Assembly (NCBI GenBank): GCA_003695435.1
Contig: RFJL01000039.1
Coordinates: 1 to 44,521 of the forward strand
Origin: Candidatus Woesearchaeota archaeon
GTDB taxonomy: Archaea > Nanobdellota > Nanobdellia > Woesearchaeales > UBA11576
Direction of reading: 5' to 3'
Length of the DNA: 44,521 bases
Shown piece after piece: positions 8,674-17,919 of this stretch. The number at the start of each line of letters is the position of its first letter. The first letter of the stretch is position 1. A model generated the notes under the pieces. The model was not told the DNA's origin and ran no database searches. It saw nothing but the letters and a program-made list of their open reading frames with translations. Position numbers and translations under genes: made by a program.

Positions 8674-9351
8674 TCACCACTTGTTAAGTTTTCTAAACTT
8701 CTTAATAACGCTAACAATAAATCCTTGTTTTTTTAACTTAAAATAAACCCAGGACGCGACGCTAACAACTAACGCACCAAGTCCATCAACGATGAGATCC
8801 CCCATGGTGTCCATAAGACCTGATTTCTGCATTGATGTTCCAAATAGCTGATCCATGGTGAACTCAAAAATTTCCCACAAAGTACCCATTGCAAGTGCGA
8901 AACTGAAAATGAAGAGTGCTGTGAGGATAGGGCTCGTTTTGAGTTTTTTCTCCTTCGTAAGCAAATAGAGAAGAAGAAATCCACACAGACCTAAACCAAT
9001 ACCCGATCCCGCGTGAAGAACCAAATCCCACCACCAAAAACGAGTATAATAACTATGAATCTCGCCCAAAAAAAGCGAAGCATAAATGAAAAGAGTAACA
9101 AAAAATTCAAACTCAATAGGGAAATGAATGCGGTAATTTCTCTCAATAATTGACGGCATGGCACAAAGAAAAAATGCAAGCGAACTTACGAATAAAGTAA
9201 ACCACTGTTGGTGCCACGCAGCCCACGCAATAGCAAAGGCGAGAACAACACGAAGAAACACCGATGCGTAAAATAAGGTCCTCTCAGCGCGACTCATGGG
9301 CAAAGGATGATCAGACGAGAAGAGAATGTGCAAGTACTCTTTAAGGTTCAT
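8674..9351 (-). CDS. Multi-pass membrane protein, possibly YjdF/DUF2238-like
   Basis: At least 6 hydrophobic segments. WDLVLHAGSG and LWEIFEFTMDQ resemble the motifs I recall for DUF2238, but the family call is weak. TATA-like box 9373-9382. Confidence 0.6.
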   Translation of the reverse strand: MNLKEYLHILFSSDHPLPMSRAERTLFYASVFLRVVLAFAIAWAAWHQQWFTLFVSSLAFFLCAMPSIIERNYRIHFPIEFEFFVTLFIYASLFLGEIHSYYTRFWWWDLVLHAGSGIGLGLCGFLLLYLLTKEKKLKTSPILTALFIFSFALAMGTLWEIFEFTMDQLFGTSMQKSGLMDTMGDLIVDGLGALVVSVASWVYFKLKKQGFIVSVIKKFRKLNKW

Positions 9352-9495
9352 AGTGTGTTCTCAAAGAAGACCTCTATATAATAGTTACTCTGTTCAGTTA
9401 CTCTGTTTTGCTCATTTCTTATTGTGCTTGTAACTCACCTGCTTAAGAAGTTTCTGCGTTACAATTAAATAATTGAGATTGCTTGCACAGTAAAC

Positions 9496-10422
9496 ATGAA
9501 GCAAGCACCTATGAAAGACCTCATTAAAACTGCGAGAAAAGTAGTTGAAATCTGTCTTGAAATTAAACCCTGCGAGCGCGTAGTACTCGTCAAGGATCAT
9601 GATTCCCGCATCATCAACGCGTTCGAACAAGTTCTTGACCAGTATGAACTTGTTGAGATTTCTCCTCATCGCTCAAACTCTTCGCCAATTCCCGAAGCAA
9701 CAGAAGCGTTTTCCCGTTGCGACGTCATTATAGCACCAACAAAATACTCTATTAGCCACTGTGCAGAAACTACTGCGGCAAGAAAACAAGGTGCGCGCGT
9801 AGCAACGCTTCCAGGAATCACCGAAGAAATTTTTCTTAAGATTCTTGAGTGTGATATACAAGAAATTGAAATAGTAAACAGGAAAGTTTATGAGTGTGTG
9901 AAAAATGCTCGTACGATACGCATCACATCACCAGCAGGAACTGACATTCTGCTTGAACTTGACCCTCGACGTGAATGGATACTCTCAGGAATGAAATGCA
10001 CATCTCCAGGGGATATTGTCAATCTTCCTGATGGAGAGATCTTCTGCGCACCACTTGAAACAAGCGCAAAAGGCATCATCATAATTGATCGCTGGGGAAA
10101 AATCACCACGCAAGACCGCGCACAAATAACAGTTGACAACGGACGCATCACCTCCTGGAATGCTGCAGCAAAACCCTATGTTGATCGACTGATAACAGGA
10201 GGGGAACGCGGATTAATCATAGCCGAGTTAGGCATCGGCACAAATAAACAACACACTCTTCCAATAGGAAACATTCTTTACGACGAGAAAATCTACCACT
10301 CTTGTCACATCGCTTTCGGAGAGAACACCTCTTTTGGAGGTGTAAACAAAGCAGGAGTCCATGAAGATATGATCATCATGCACCCTGTCATTCTCGCTGA
10401 CGGGAAAAGAGTGGAGTATTAA
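9496..10422 (+). CDS. Aminopeptidase, M29 (AmpS/PepS, thermophilic metalloprotease) family
   Basis: Motifs NLPDGEIFCAP, AELGIGTN, YDEKIYHSCHIAFG and GVHEDMI match the M29 metal-site pattern. At 308 aa it is at the short end of the family. Confidence 0.75.
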   Translation: MKQAPMKDLIKTARKVVEICLEIKPCERVVLVKDHDSRIINAFEQVLDQYELVEISPHRSNSSPIPEATEAFSRCDVIIAPTKYSISHCAETTAARKQGARVATLPGITEEIFLKILECDIQEIEIVNRKVYECVKNARTIRITSPAGTDILLELDPRREWILSGMKCTSPGDIVNLPDGEIFCAPLETSAKGIIIIDRWGKITTQDRAQITVDNGRITSWNAAAKPYVDRLITGGERGLIIAELGIGTNKQHTLPIGNILYDEKIYHSCHIAFGENTSFGGVNKAGVHEDMIIMHPVILADGKRVEY

Positions 10423-10595
10423 CGGTGTTAAACACTGGTCGATATCGAGTGGTAGGTATGAGCGCCACCACCAAGCGTAGCAAGACACACAGAAGATATT
10501 GTTAAATTTATGTAGAGCTGTACAACAAGTTCACGTGTGCTGTCTTCTGAAAGTGACAAGTATAATTTATATTTCCCCTTACGGACATTGGATAC

Positions 10596-11111
10596 ATGGT
10601 AGAGTACTTAGGCATTGATGAGTCTCATATTTCCGAACATGTTCACGTCTATGTAGGGGTTCCTAGCAATGAAGAGGTATCTTGTAGGAAAAAACAACTT
10701 GGAAAAACAAGAGGGTCTCTTCAGTACTCTCGTTTATGCAATCTTGACTTTCGCTTTGTAGTGGTGCGAGATTGGCATCTTCATCACGTTCCCTTTCACG
10801 TTGCACAATCTGCAGCGCATGCAACACTCATACAGTTCTTCAACCCGACCAGCGTATTCATCGATGGAAAACGCATAGAAAAACATGCACGCGCACTTGA
10901 AGAAAGACTTCACAAAGAATCAGAAATAGATATACACTACATTCGAAAAGGAGATAAAAAAATTCCTCTTATCAATCAAGCAGATCACCTCGCGTACTTA
11001 CTTAGGCGTCACTTCGAGATTTATGGATACTTTGCGCGATGGGCGCAAGGAAAAGAATTACTGCCGCTTCCCTTTGAGTATTCTAATCTGTTTGTAGCAT
11101 CCAATCAGTAA
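10596..11111 (+). CDS. Hypothetical protein with DUF3800-like / RNase-H-like end motifs
   Basis: N-terminal LGIDESH and C-terminal INQADHLAYLL resemble the DESG...Q(I/V)AD pattern of DUF3800. Weak call. TATA-like box 10561-10574. Confidence 0.4.
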   Translation: MVEYLGIDESHISEHVHVYVGVPSNEEVSCRKKQLGKTRGSLQYSRLCNLDFRFVVVRDWHLHHVPFHVAQSAAHATLIQFFNPTSVFIDGKRIEKHARALEERLHKESEIDIHYIRKGDKKIPLINQADHLAYLLRRHFEIYGYFARWAQGKELLPLPFEYSNLFVASNQ

Positions 11112-11826
11112 ACCAATGTGTTGTTGCAAGAACTAATCGCTTCTCATACTCTCCAGAGAACATATGGTCCGCACCACCTATCGCAAGAAACTCCTTGGGT
11201 TCTTTTGCATGCAAGAACACGCCATGCGTGTTGGAAAGTGTGATTAATTCATCTTTGGCTGCGTGAATAACAAGGACAGGACAAGATACCTCTTCAATTA
11301 TTTTTGTTGCATCATAGTTTCCAAGATCTTGATAAAATGAAAAATGAATCTTAATTGGTCCCTTGATTGAAGGAAACTCCACATAGCCCTTCTCCTCCCA
11401 CTCCTTTTTTCGTTGATTAAAAAGAGTATCCCATGCAAGTTTTGCAGGAGCTGCTGCAACAACAAGAGCGTCAACTTTTGTTTTACAAGTAGCTGCAATG
11501 GCAGTAAGCCCACCGAGAGAATGGCCAAAAAGACCGATGTTTTTCACTCCTTGCGTCTTAAGAAAATCGATTGCTGAGAGTACGTCTTCAACTTGATGCG
11601 TAACAGACATATCTTCGCAAGTACCTTGAGACGAACCAATACAATCAGCGTAATCAAAGCGCAATACATGAAACCCTGCTTTAACGAGACTCTTTGCTAA
11701 TCTATAATAGTGCTTATATTCTTTAAAACCGGTAAAGTGGGGACAAAGAACAATGCCAACTTCGCCAGTTCCTTCAACAACTCCACTTAAAAGATCCCCT
11801 CTTTTGTTGGGAAATGTTACGTTCAT
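11083..11826 (-). CDS. Alpha/beta hydrolase (Ser-Asp-His)
   Basis: Nucleophile elbow GHSLGG, later AAKDELI and GADHMF. The ATG at 11826 is preferred over the GTG at 11829. The 3-prime end overlaps 10596-11111 by 29 nt. Confidence 0.8.
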   Translation of the reverse strand: MNVTFPNKRGDLLSGVVEGTGEVGIVLCPHFTGFKEYKHYYRLAKSLVKAGFHVLRFDYADCIGSSQGTCEDMSVTHQVEDVLSAIDFLKTQGVKNIGLFGHSLGGLTAIAATCKTKVDALVVAAAPAKLAWDTLFNQRKKEWEEKGYVEFPSIKGPIKIHFSFYQDLGNYDATKIIEEVSCPVLVIHAAKDELITLSNTHGVFLHAKEPKEFLAIGGADHMFSGEYEKRLVLATTHWFTDWMLQTD

Positions 11827-11968
11827 CACTGCTGTTGTTCGTAGCGTTGCATTTAAGTGTTGTGTTTGAAGAGTTCAAAGTCACTTTTCAACAATCACTT
11901 TTTGTATAGTTAATTCGTACACAGGTTTTATAGTCTGATCTTATGCATTGCTGTAAAGAGGTGATAGT

Positions 11969-12313
11969 ATGAAAAACATAATGATAGTCATGACACTGCT
12001 TATGCTTATCTCTCTTGTCTTTGCAGTACAAGGAGTATATATGCATCAGCAAGTCACGAGCAAAGAAGCACAGTTCCATGCTGAGCAAAACGAATACTTT
12101 GCCGAACACACCAAAGCGGAACGAGACTCCGCAGCTGCAGGAAGCGAACTTGCACTTCAGCAAGCAAGAATTGCTAACACTCCGTCTGAGCTGTTACGTC
12201 TTAAGCTTGTGGGTATTGGTAAAATTCTTACAGGAATCTACGTCTTGCTTTTTGCAATCCTCGTAGCCCTTGTCATGATGCCAAAGCGTCTTGCAAAAGT
12301 TCTACACAAGTAA
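11969..12313 (+). CDS. Small two-TM membrane protein
   Basis: ATG preceded by AAGAGGTGATAGT (SD). Hydrophobic N- and C-terminal segments. Confidence 0.6.
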   Translation: MKNIMIVMTLLMLISLVFAVQGVYMHQQVTSKEAQFHAEQNEYFAEHTKAERDSAAAGSELALQQARIANTPSELLRLKLVGIGKILTGIYVLLFAILVALVMMPKRLAKVLHK

Positions 12314-12382
12314 GGAGAAAAGTAAGACACAGGAGGAATTTCCCTCCTTAATTTTTTAAATGCTTCTTTGTTTTTTCAAAAT

Positions 12383-12784
12383 ATGGATACTAAATTTATC
12401 GGAAAAATCATTCGTGTTGATGACCATTCACTCATGCCCTATCACTTATGGGCGTTTAGCACTATCTTTGGTGTTGAAAACCCCCTTCTTGAAGGTGAAA
12501 GCGTATCAAAAGCACAAAGACGCTTACAACTCAACATTGCGTTCTGGTATGAAACCGAAGGGGAGAGCAAAGGCATTGAGGGTCTTGCACAAAAACTCTA
12601 TGGTTTTTTAGAGGGGATGGAAAACAAACCCGATCTTTCAAGAAAATCCATTCTTAAAAAAGACCTCATACGAGAAGTTCTTCTCAAGAATCCGCAGTAT
12701 GAACAACATATGAAGTGGTATAGGGAGGGGTATGATGCTGCACGAGAAGCACATCTTCGTATCACCCCCGAGTTTCCTCTTTAA
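12383..12784 (+). CDS. Hypothetical protein (133 aa)
   Basis: ATG at 12383 lies about 28 nt downstream of TTTTTTAAAT (12351-12360). The track ORF starts at a TTG at 12368. Confidence 0.5.
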   Translation: MDTKFIGKIIRVDDHSLMPYHLWAFSTIFGVENPLLEGESVSKAQRRLQLNIAFWYETEGESKGIEGLAQKLYGFLEGMENKPDLSRKSILKKDLIREVLLKNPQYEQHMKWYREGYDAAREAHLRITPEFPL

Positions 12785-12840
12785 GTATTCTTTTGGTGCT
12801 CTTTTCACTCTTTCACACGTATCATTTTAAGAGAGTAGAA

Positions 12841-13476
12841 CTAACAACGCTGTTTGAGATACCCTCGCAAGAGCATGGTGCCCATTTGGGAAACCTTTAC
12901 AAACATGCGATTCTGCTCTTCTTTTACATCCACAAGCCGATATTCCTTAAGTCCTTTATACTTTAGATTTCCATTAATGTGATAGGAGAGCAGGGAGAGT
13001 GACATGTTAAGCTTCTTTGCAAGATCGTTGAGCTGTACGTATCCTTCACCTATTGCTTCAAGAATGTCAAGTTTGGTCTGTGAGAGTTCGTGATAGTAAG
13101 AAAGCTTCATGATAGGGAGAAGCATTGCTTGGCCGTCTTCTACTCCAATCGCTTTAAGACCGTTTGCGTATGCTGCTGAGAGTGTTGCACAGGTGCTCAT
13201 ACGATCTCCTGTCGCAACATTGACGATAAGATCATCAAAATCATATTGTGTGATGATCTGGGAGAAAACACGAAACATCTCAGGCATGATTTGATCAGCG
13301 ATCTCAATGATACGTGAGGGTATGGTAAACGTCTCAAGTTTTTTAACAAGTTTTTTTGCATCCTTGCATTTTTTCTTTGTGGTGATCAGAATGACTTCTC
13401 TTGTGGGAAATTCCTTCATTCCCACAAAGAGTGCTTTAAGATTATCTCCTACTGGTGCAATAATGGTGTAGCTCAT
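12841..13476 (-). CDS. Csa3-like regulator: CARF/DUF6293-type Rossmann-like N-domain plus C-terminal winged HTH
   Basis: The N-terminal pattern (MSYTIIAPVG..., EVILITT, NVATGDRMSTCATLSAAYANG) resembles the Csa3 NLxGGMR core. The C-terminal part is ArsR-like (LSQTKLDILEAIGEGYVQLNDLAKKLNMSLSLLSYHI). Confidence 0.6.
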   Translation of the reverse strand: MSYTIIAPVGDNLKALFVGMKEFPTREVILITTKKKCKDAKKLVKKLETFTIPSRIIEIADQIMPEMFRVFSQIITQYDFDDLIVNVATGDRMSTCATLSAAYANGLKAIGVEDGQAMLLPIMKLSYYHELSQTKLDILEAIGEGYVQLNDLAKKLNMSLSLLSYHINGNLKYKGLKEYRLVDVKEEQNRMFVKVSQMGTMLLRGYLKQRC

Positions 13477-13599
13477 GATGTTGTAGTTCTCCTCTACGAC
13501 ACTTAAATTATTCTTTTATTACTTAAAACTTTGTTTTAAGTGTTTGAGGAAGCTCCTAAAAGAGACGTTGCTTCATGGAGATCAACAAGAGGTGATAGT

Positions 13600-13734
13600 A
13601 TGATACAAGACATTATTTGCTCAAAAGGGCGTTGCAAAGACAAAACACAGAAAACCTGTGAAGAGTTGTTCAGCAACCCTGTGGATATCATTGAGTGTGA
13701 ACTCCTAAGAGTTCAGCTCGGAGAAGAACTATGA
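13600..13734 (+). CDS. Small Cys-containing protein (44 aa), translationally coupled to DoxX
   Basis: ATG preceded by the same AAGAGGTGATAGT SD as gene 11969. Four Cys. The stop overlaps the DoxX start (ATGA). The track ORF begins at an upstream GTG. Confidence 0.4.
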   Translation: MIQDIICSKGRCKDKTQKTCEELFSNPVDIIECELLRVQLGEEL

Positions 13735-14111
13735 ACAAAAATTATGCACCAACATTGCAAAGAGCAGCACTTGCGCTCATATTTCTTGTTGCAGGCATCG
13801 GCAAGTTGATGCACCCTTCAATGATCATCGATATGCTAGCAGGAATGGGATTCCCCCTTGCAGCATTCTTCGGATGGTTGGTCATAGCAATAGAAGTTCT
13901 TGGAGGACTTTCTTTGCTTCTTGGCTGGAAAGTAGAATACAGTGTATGGCCAATGGCAGCAGTACTCTTCGTTGCACTCGTCACGGTGCATCTAGGAAAA
14001 CTTGCAGACCCTATGGGCCAGATCATCGCGGGATTCCATGTCCTTGGTATTACTTCACTCATCAGTCTCTACCTTTCAGGTCCTGGTGAGATGAGTGTAT
14101 CCAGGGGTTGA
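13731..14111 (+). CDS. DoxX family membrane protein
   Basis: 126 aa with four hydrophobic helices. LIFLVAGIGKL and AIEVLGGLSLLLG are typical DoxX motifs. Confidence 0.8.
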   Translation: MNKNYAPTLQRAALALIFLVAGIGKLMHPSMIIDMLAGMGFPLAAFFGWLVIAIEVLGGLSLLLGWKVEYSVWPMAAVLFVALVTVHLGKLADPMGQIIAGFHVLGITSLISLYLSGPGEMSVSRG

Positions 14112-14278
14112 TAGGGGAGTTGATTCGCTAACTGAGAGGAGAATGGATCTGCTTTTCAGAAAAGGTTGTTGAATTTTTTTTGTATGTTTTTTTATGTTGC
14201 CTTTTTGATCGCAGGAATTCTTATCTTTTCCGATGTCTCGCGGTAACTTTTTAAAGTCTTTTTTGTGGCTAGTGTATC

Positions 14279-14683
14279 ATGACTGATAAGTATTCGGAGT
14301 CTTTGGATAACATTCTTGAGTTTCCTCAAAAAAATCGTAATCTTGAGATCATAAGCTCCACTTGTAAGAGTGTTTTTTCTTATGGTCTGCCCTTCACATT
14401 GGGTGTTGGAGGACTTTTCTATTTTTCAAAAGTGCTTTTTGATGGCGATGCTGATTTATTTGGTTATAGTGGTGTTGCGTTGGGGATGAGTGTTTCTGGT
14501 TTTCTTACGGGATACGTTTTGCGTGATTTGTTCAAACGGTTATCTCGACGAGGTGGTGGGTATGACGATCCTGATCCTGACGATCCTGAAAGGGATGATA
14601 TTCCCGAACGTCCTTTGAACGTTATTGAGTTGGATGCTGTGAGAGATAGGTTTTACAGAAATTCTGTTGCGAATTATGATTAG
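14279..14683 (+). CDS. Hypothetical membrane protein with acidic Asp/Pro-rich tail
   Basis: Two hydrophobic segments, then GGGYDDPDPDDPERDDIPERP. TATA-like box 14247-14256 lies about 28 nt upstream. Confidence 0.5.
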   Translation: MTDKYSESLDNILEFPQKNRNLEIISSTCKSVFSYGLPFTLGVGGLFYFSKVLFDGDADLFGYSGVALGMSVSGFLTGYVLRDLFKRLSRRGGGYDDPDPDDPERDDIPERPLNVIELDAVRDRFYRNSVANYD

Positions 14684-14776
14684 TCCTTTGTTTGTTGTTA
14701 GTTGGTGGGGGTGTTTTACGAAGTTGCAAAGTGTTTAGAATTCCGTTTAGACTTTTTTTGGAGGGTGTGAGACGAA

Positions 14777-15172
14777 TTATACACAGCTACAAGGCTTAAA
14801 GCCTTTGTTAAGAGCGGTGTTTTTCGTTTTGAAAACAATTCTACTTTTTGGTTTGATGTTTTTTGCAAAGGGGCAGTGTTTGTCGTGAAATTTTTTCCCG
14901 GTTTTTGATGCCCAGTAGGTTTTCTTGGATGATTTTGATGGTGTTTTGACTTTTTTTTCAACAATTTTAGTAACGGCCTTTGCAGATTTTGATTTTTTCT
15001 CAAGTGCGTTGATTTTTGCATTGAGTTGTTCTTGATTTTTGCGTAGTTCGTCAATGATTTCAAGAAGTTTTTCTTGTGTTTGAGAGAGTGCGAGAATCTC
15101 TTGGTGTGTACGCATAATGTCTTTTTTCACCATGTGAAAAGAACGTCTGATGTTTTTTTCAAACTGCTTCAT
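14777..15172 (-). CDS. Coiled-coil protein with C-terminal Ada-like H/C3 zinc-binding motif
   Basis: C-terminus YWASKTGKKFHDKHCPFAKNIKPKSRIVFKTKNTALNKGFKPCSCV matches the FH..C...I...N..F...A...G(F/Y).PC.C pattern. The N-terminal half is heptad-like. Confidence 0.6.
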   Translation of the reverse strand: MKQFEKNIRRSFHMVKKDIMRTHQEILALSQTQEKLLEIIDELRKNQEQLNAKINALEKKSKSAKAVTKIVEKKVKTPSKSSKKTYWASKTGKKFHDKHCPFAKNIKPKSRIVFKTKNTALNKGFKPCSCV

Positions 15173-15196
15173 AATGTTACTGTACAGTAGTAAATA

Positions 15197-15227
15197 TTTA
15201 TAAATCTTTCGTAGGCTATTTATAAAA
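15197..15227. promoter_or_regulatory. Two back-to-back TATA boxes (TTTATAAAT 15197-15205; TTTATAAAA 15219-15227) for divergent genes 15172(-) and 15247(+)
   Basis: The boxes are centred about 29 nt and about 24 nt from their respective start codons. Confidence 0.55.
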
Positions 15228-15246
15228 GATCTCCTTTTTTTAGCTC

Positions 15247-15672
15247 ATGTTCATCTATGATGTGGCTCTCTACGTCCCGGAACAAGGAAAACACCACATA
15301 GAATTCAGACACAGTACAGACACCTATCTTTACTGCACATTTTCCCAACAAGATCCTTCTTTTTTTTGCTTGCTTGATCCGCGTCTACGCGTAGATGATC
15401 TCCCCCCACTTCTTCGTAGCATGGAAGAAGGAACCTTTTTTCGCGGAGAGAATCTGGTGCGATTCCTCTTACAACAAAACCCCTTGGAAGAGAGGTGGAA
15501 AACAAACATAGAAGAAGGCCTTCGTATAGGACACGACGTACAAGCATATTTTGAAGTGTGGCAAGAAGAACAAAAAGAATGTTTGGAACAACACGGCTAC
15601 GTTCAAACAAGAGAAAATGATCTACGAATCTTTGACATCATATCCAAGACATTACAAAGAAGACGTTTTTAG
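15247..15672 (+). CDS. Hypothetical protein (141 aa)
   Basis: ATG ORF with a correctly spaced TATA box. No family recognised. Confidence 0.5.
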   Translation: MFIYDVALYVPEQGKHHIEFRHSTDTYLYCTFSQQDPSFFCLLDPRLRVDDLPPLLRSMEEGTFFRGENLVRFLLQQNPLEERWKTNIEEGLRIGHDVQAYFEVWQEEQKECLEQHGYVQTRENDLRIFDIISKTLQRRRF

Positions 15673-15750
15673 GGCGTTCGTGGAGAAGGTCAAACATATA
15701 CTTGGGCAAAATCACAACTGGTGCGGGTAAATAAAGTGAAAAGAATTAAT

Positions 15751-15768
15751 GGCGTGTGCTTTCACGCC
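15751..15768. terminator. GC-rich hairpin (GGCGTG-tgcttt-CACGCC) between convergent genes
   Basis: A 6-bp perfect stem read directly, lying between the stop of 15247-15672 and the stop of the helicase gene. Confidence 0.35.
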
Positions 15769-15805
15769 TCAAAGAGTTGTTAAGAGACTCTGTTTTCTTC
15801 CGGCT

Positions 15806-17140
15806 TTATGCTCTTTCTCGCCAGCTATCAGAGCCTATCTTAAACGCAGTTGGTTTTGGTGATCTTCGCGGACGATCTCCTGTTTTTGTTCTTTGAGAGA
15901 ATTCTCCTCGCCTACTGCCAAATCCTGAATGAGACCTTCCTCGCTCATGTCTGCTTGAGCCTCCTCTGAAATTTCTCGAACTGCCTCCTCTGTTATCTCG
16001 CCTTACGTGGAAGGGGATGCGAGGGAATTCTTGAGGTTCCATTTTTTGAATCTTCAAATGAGGGTATCTTCGCTTAATTGCCGCGAAGTGCTCATGATCT
16101 CGTGGTGCAAGAAGGGAGTAAGCAGAACCTTTTGTTCCTGCTCTTGCAGTACGTCCGATCCTATGCACATATTCTTGCGGATCGCGCGGAAGATCGTAGT
16201 TAATGACGTGAGTTACGCCATCAATATGAAGTCCTCTTGCAGCAACAGTTGATGCTACGAGGAGTTGGATTTTTCCAGCATTAAACTTATCAATAATGTT
16301 CTGACGCCTGTTTTGCGAGAGTTTCCCGTGGATGTGTTCACATCGCAGATGCTGTTTCTTGAGATTTTCTGCAACGAGGTCAACCGTGTTTCTTGTTGAA
16401 CAAAAGATGATGGTTCCGTCACGTTCGTCTTCAAATTTTTTGAGAAGGTGCATGAGCATGCTAAATTTATCTTTTGCACCTACATCTACGTAGAACTGTT
16501 CAAGATACTCTTCTTTAACGTGAGATTCTGATTTCACAGTAACGGGGGAGTTCATGAATTCTCGTTCAATGCCTTTAACTTCATCAGAGATGGTAGCTCC
16601 ATACAAAAGGATTTGTCGCGTTTCATTAGTGTGACTAAGAATTCTGCGAACGTCCTCGATAAAGCCCATCTCAACCATTTTATCTGCTTCGTCAAGAACA
16701 AAGAGTTTGATTTTTGAGAGGTCGAGTGTTCTTCTTTCAAGGTGATCAAGAACCCGTCCAGGTGTTCCTACAACAATTTGTGATTTTGCAATTCTTTCTA
16801 TTTGGGGGTTGATTGCAACTCCGCCATAGACTGTTGCTACTTTGATTTTTCTTGCACTAAATTTCTCAAATTCTCTTGAGATTTGCACTGCAAGTTCGCG
16901 AGTTGGTGCAAGAACGAGTGCTTGGATTCCTCCGAAAGGGTCAACCAGCTGTACTGTTGGAACGCCAAAACTTGCGGTTTTTCCAGATCCTGTTTTTGAT
17001 ATTCCAATAACGTCTTTTCCTTCTAGGGCAAGAGGGATGGTCTTTGCTTGAATGTCTGTTGGTTCGGTAATTCCTTTTTTCTTCAATGCTTGTACAATTT
17101 CTTGTTGTACTCCTAATTCTTCAAAATTTTTTGTGTTCAT
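15806..17140 (-). CDS. DEAD-box ATP-dependent RNA helicase with RGG-rich C-terminal tail
   Basis: Q-motif region TDIQ, motif I SKTGSGKT, motif II VLDEADKM, later HRIGRTARAG, and tail RGGSSRNFRGGSSRHERG. Start set at ATG 17140, which has AAGGAG 8 nt upstream. The track ORF extends 49 codons further without support. Confidence 0.9.
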   Translation of the reverse strand: MNTKNFEELGVQQEIVQALKKKGITEPTDIQAKTIPLALEGKDVIGISKTGSGKTASFGVPTVQLVDPFGGIQALVLAPTRELAVQISREFEKFSARKIKVATVYGGVAINPQIERIAKSQIVVGTPGRVLDHLERRTLDLSKIKLFVLDEADKMVEMGFIEDVRRILSHTNETRQILLYGATISDEVKGIEREFMNSPVTVKSESHVKEEYLEQFYVDVGAKDKFSMLMHLLKKFEDERDGTIIFCSTRNTVDLVAENLKKQHLRCEHIHGKLSQNRRQNIIDKFNAGKIQLLVASTVAARGLHIDGVTHVINYDLPRDPQEYVHRIGRTARAGTKGSAYSLLAPRDHEHFAAIKRRYPHLKIQKMEPQEFPRIPFHVRRDNRGGSSRNFRGGSSRHERGRSHSGFGSRRGEFSQRTKTGDRPRRSPKPTAFKIGSDSWRERA

Positions 17141-17409
17141 TGTTTGTACTCCTTGGAAAACGCTGTTTGATACTGTTCGGAGTTGTGGTAAACGTGGTGT
17201 CTCACTTTGTTTGACAAAGTGTCGAACAGGTAGTTGAGACAGAAAGAGTAATTTTCGGGAATGCACCCGCCTGTCTCGGCCTTCCAATTATGTTGTGCTG
17301 TACGTCTTGCGTTGCCTTTTTAAATGTTTTGTTTTCTCGCAGTTTTTTAGTCTCTTTAAAGTAGTGAATTTAGAAAGCTTTATAAATATCTGTTCAGCCC
17401 GTCCCTTTC

Positions 17410-17799
17410 ATGTTTGAAAACTACATATCCTCAACACTTGCACACCATCCCTCCATAGATGAAGTTCCCCCCACTCGATGGGAGTCAGCCAGTTTTGCCA
17501 TAAAACTGCTCAATAACATTGCGAAATTAGTTGAAGCGGGTAATGCAGATGCTGCATGCTCTTACTCAACACTACTCTCTCGTTTTCTCGACTCCAAATA
17601 TTCCGATCTTGACGCAGTAAGCAGATCATACGTACAAGACTGCCAAGAAAGTCTGATTGTAGCAGCACAAGGAGTTTATCTGAACGATCCTCAACACTTT
17701 CATCTCGGTTATGATGATGCCAAAACCAGTCTTACCATTTTAAACGAAGTTCTTGAAAGAAGACTCTTTGATCAATACTCAGGAAAAACATCCCACTAA
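17410..17799 (+). CDS. Hypothetical protein (129 aa)
   Basis: ATG lies about 26 nt downstream of TTTATAAATA (17379-17388). No family recognised. Confidence 0.5.
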   Translation: MFENYISSTLAHHPSIDEVPPTRWESASFAIKLLNNIAKLVEAGNADAACSYSTLLSRFLDSKYSDLDAVSRSYVQDCQESLIVAAQGVYLNDPQHFHLGYDDAKTSLTILNEVLERRLFDQYSGKTSH

Positions 17800-17919
17800 C
17801 ACAACTCAATAGGCGTCACAACAGAACATCCCCTTCTCGCGTGAAATCGGTGTTCCCATAAGATCATTTAAGAGATCACCTATCAACGATGTTATTTATT
17901 TAGTTGCGTTTAGTCGCTT

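Noticed and set aside
13540-13599. GTG-initiated 64-aa version of the small Cys protein
   Set aside because: The internal ATG at 13600 has a perfect SD identical to that of gene 11969. The GTG has none.
17141-17287. 49-codon N-terminal extension of the DEAD-box helicase ORF
   Set aside because: The extension is basic and non-conserved-looking. ATG 17140 has an AAGGAG SD 8 nt upstream and gives the canonical distance to the Q-motif.
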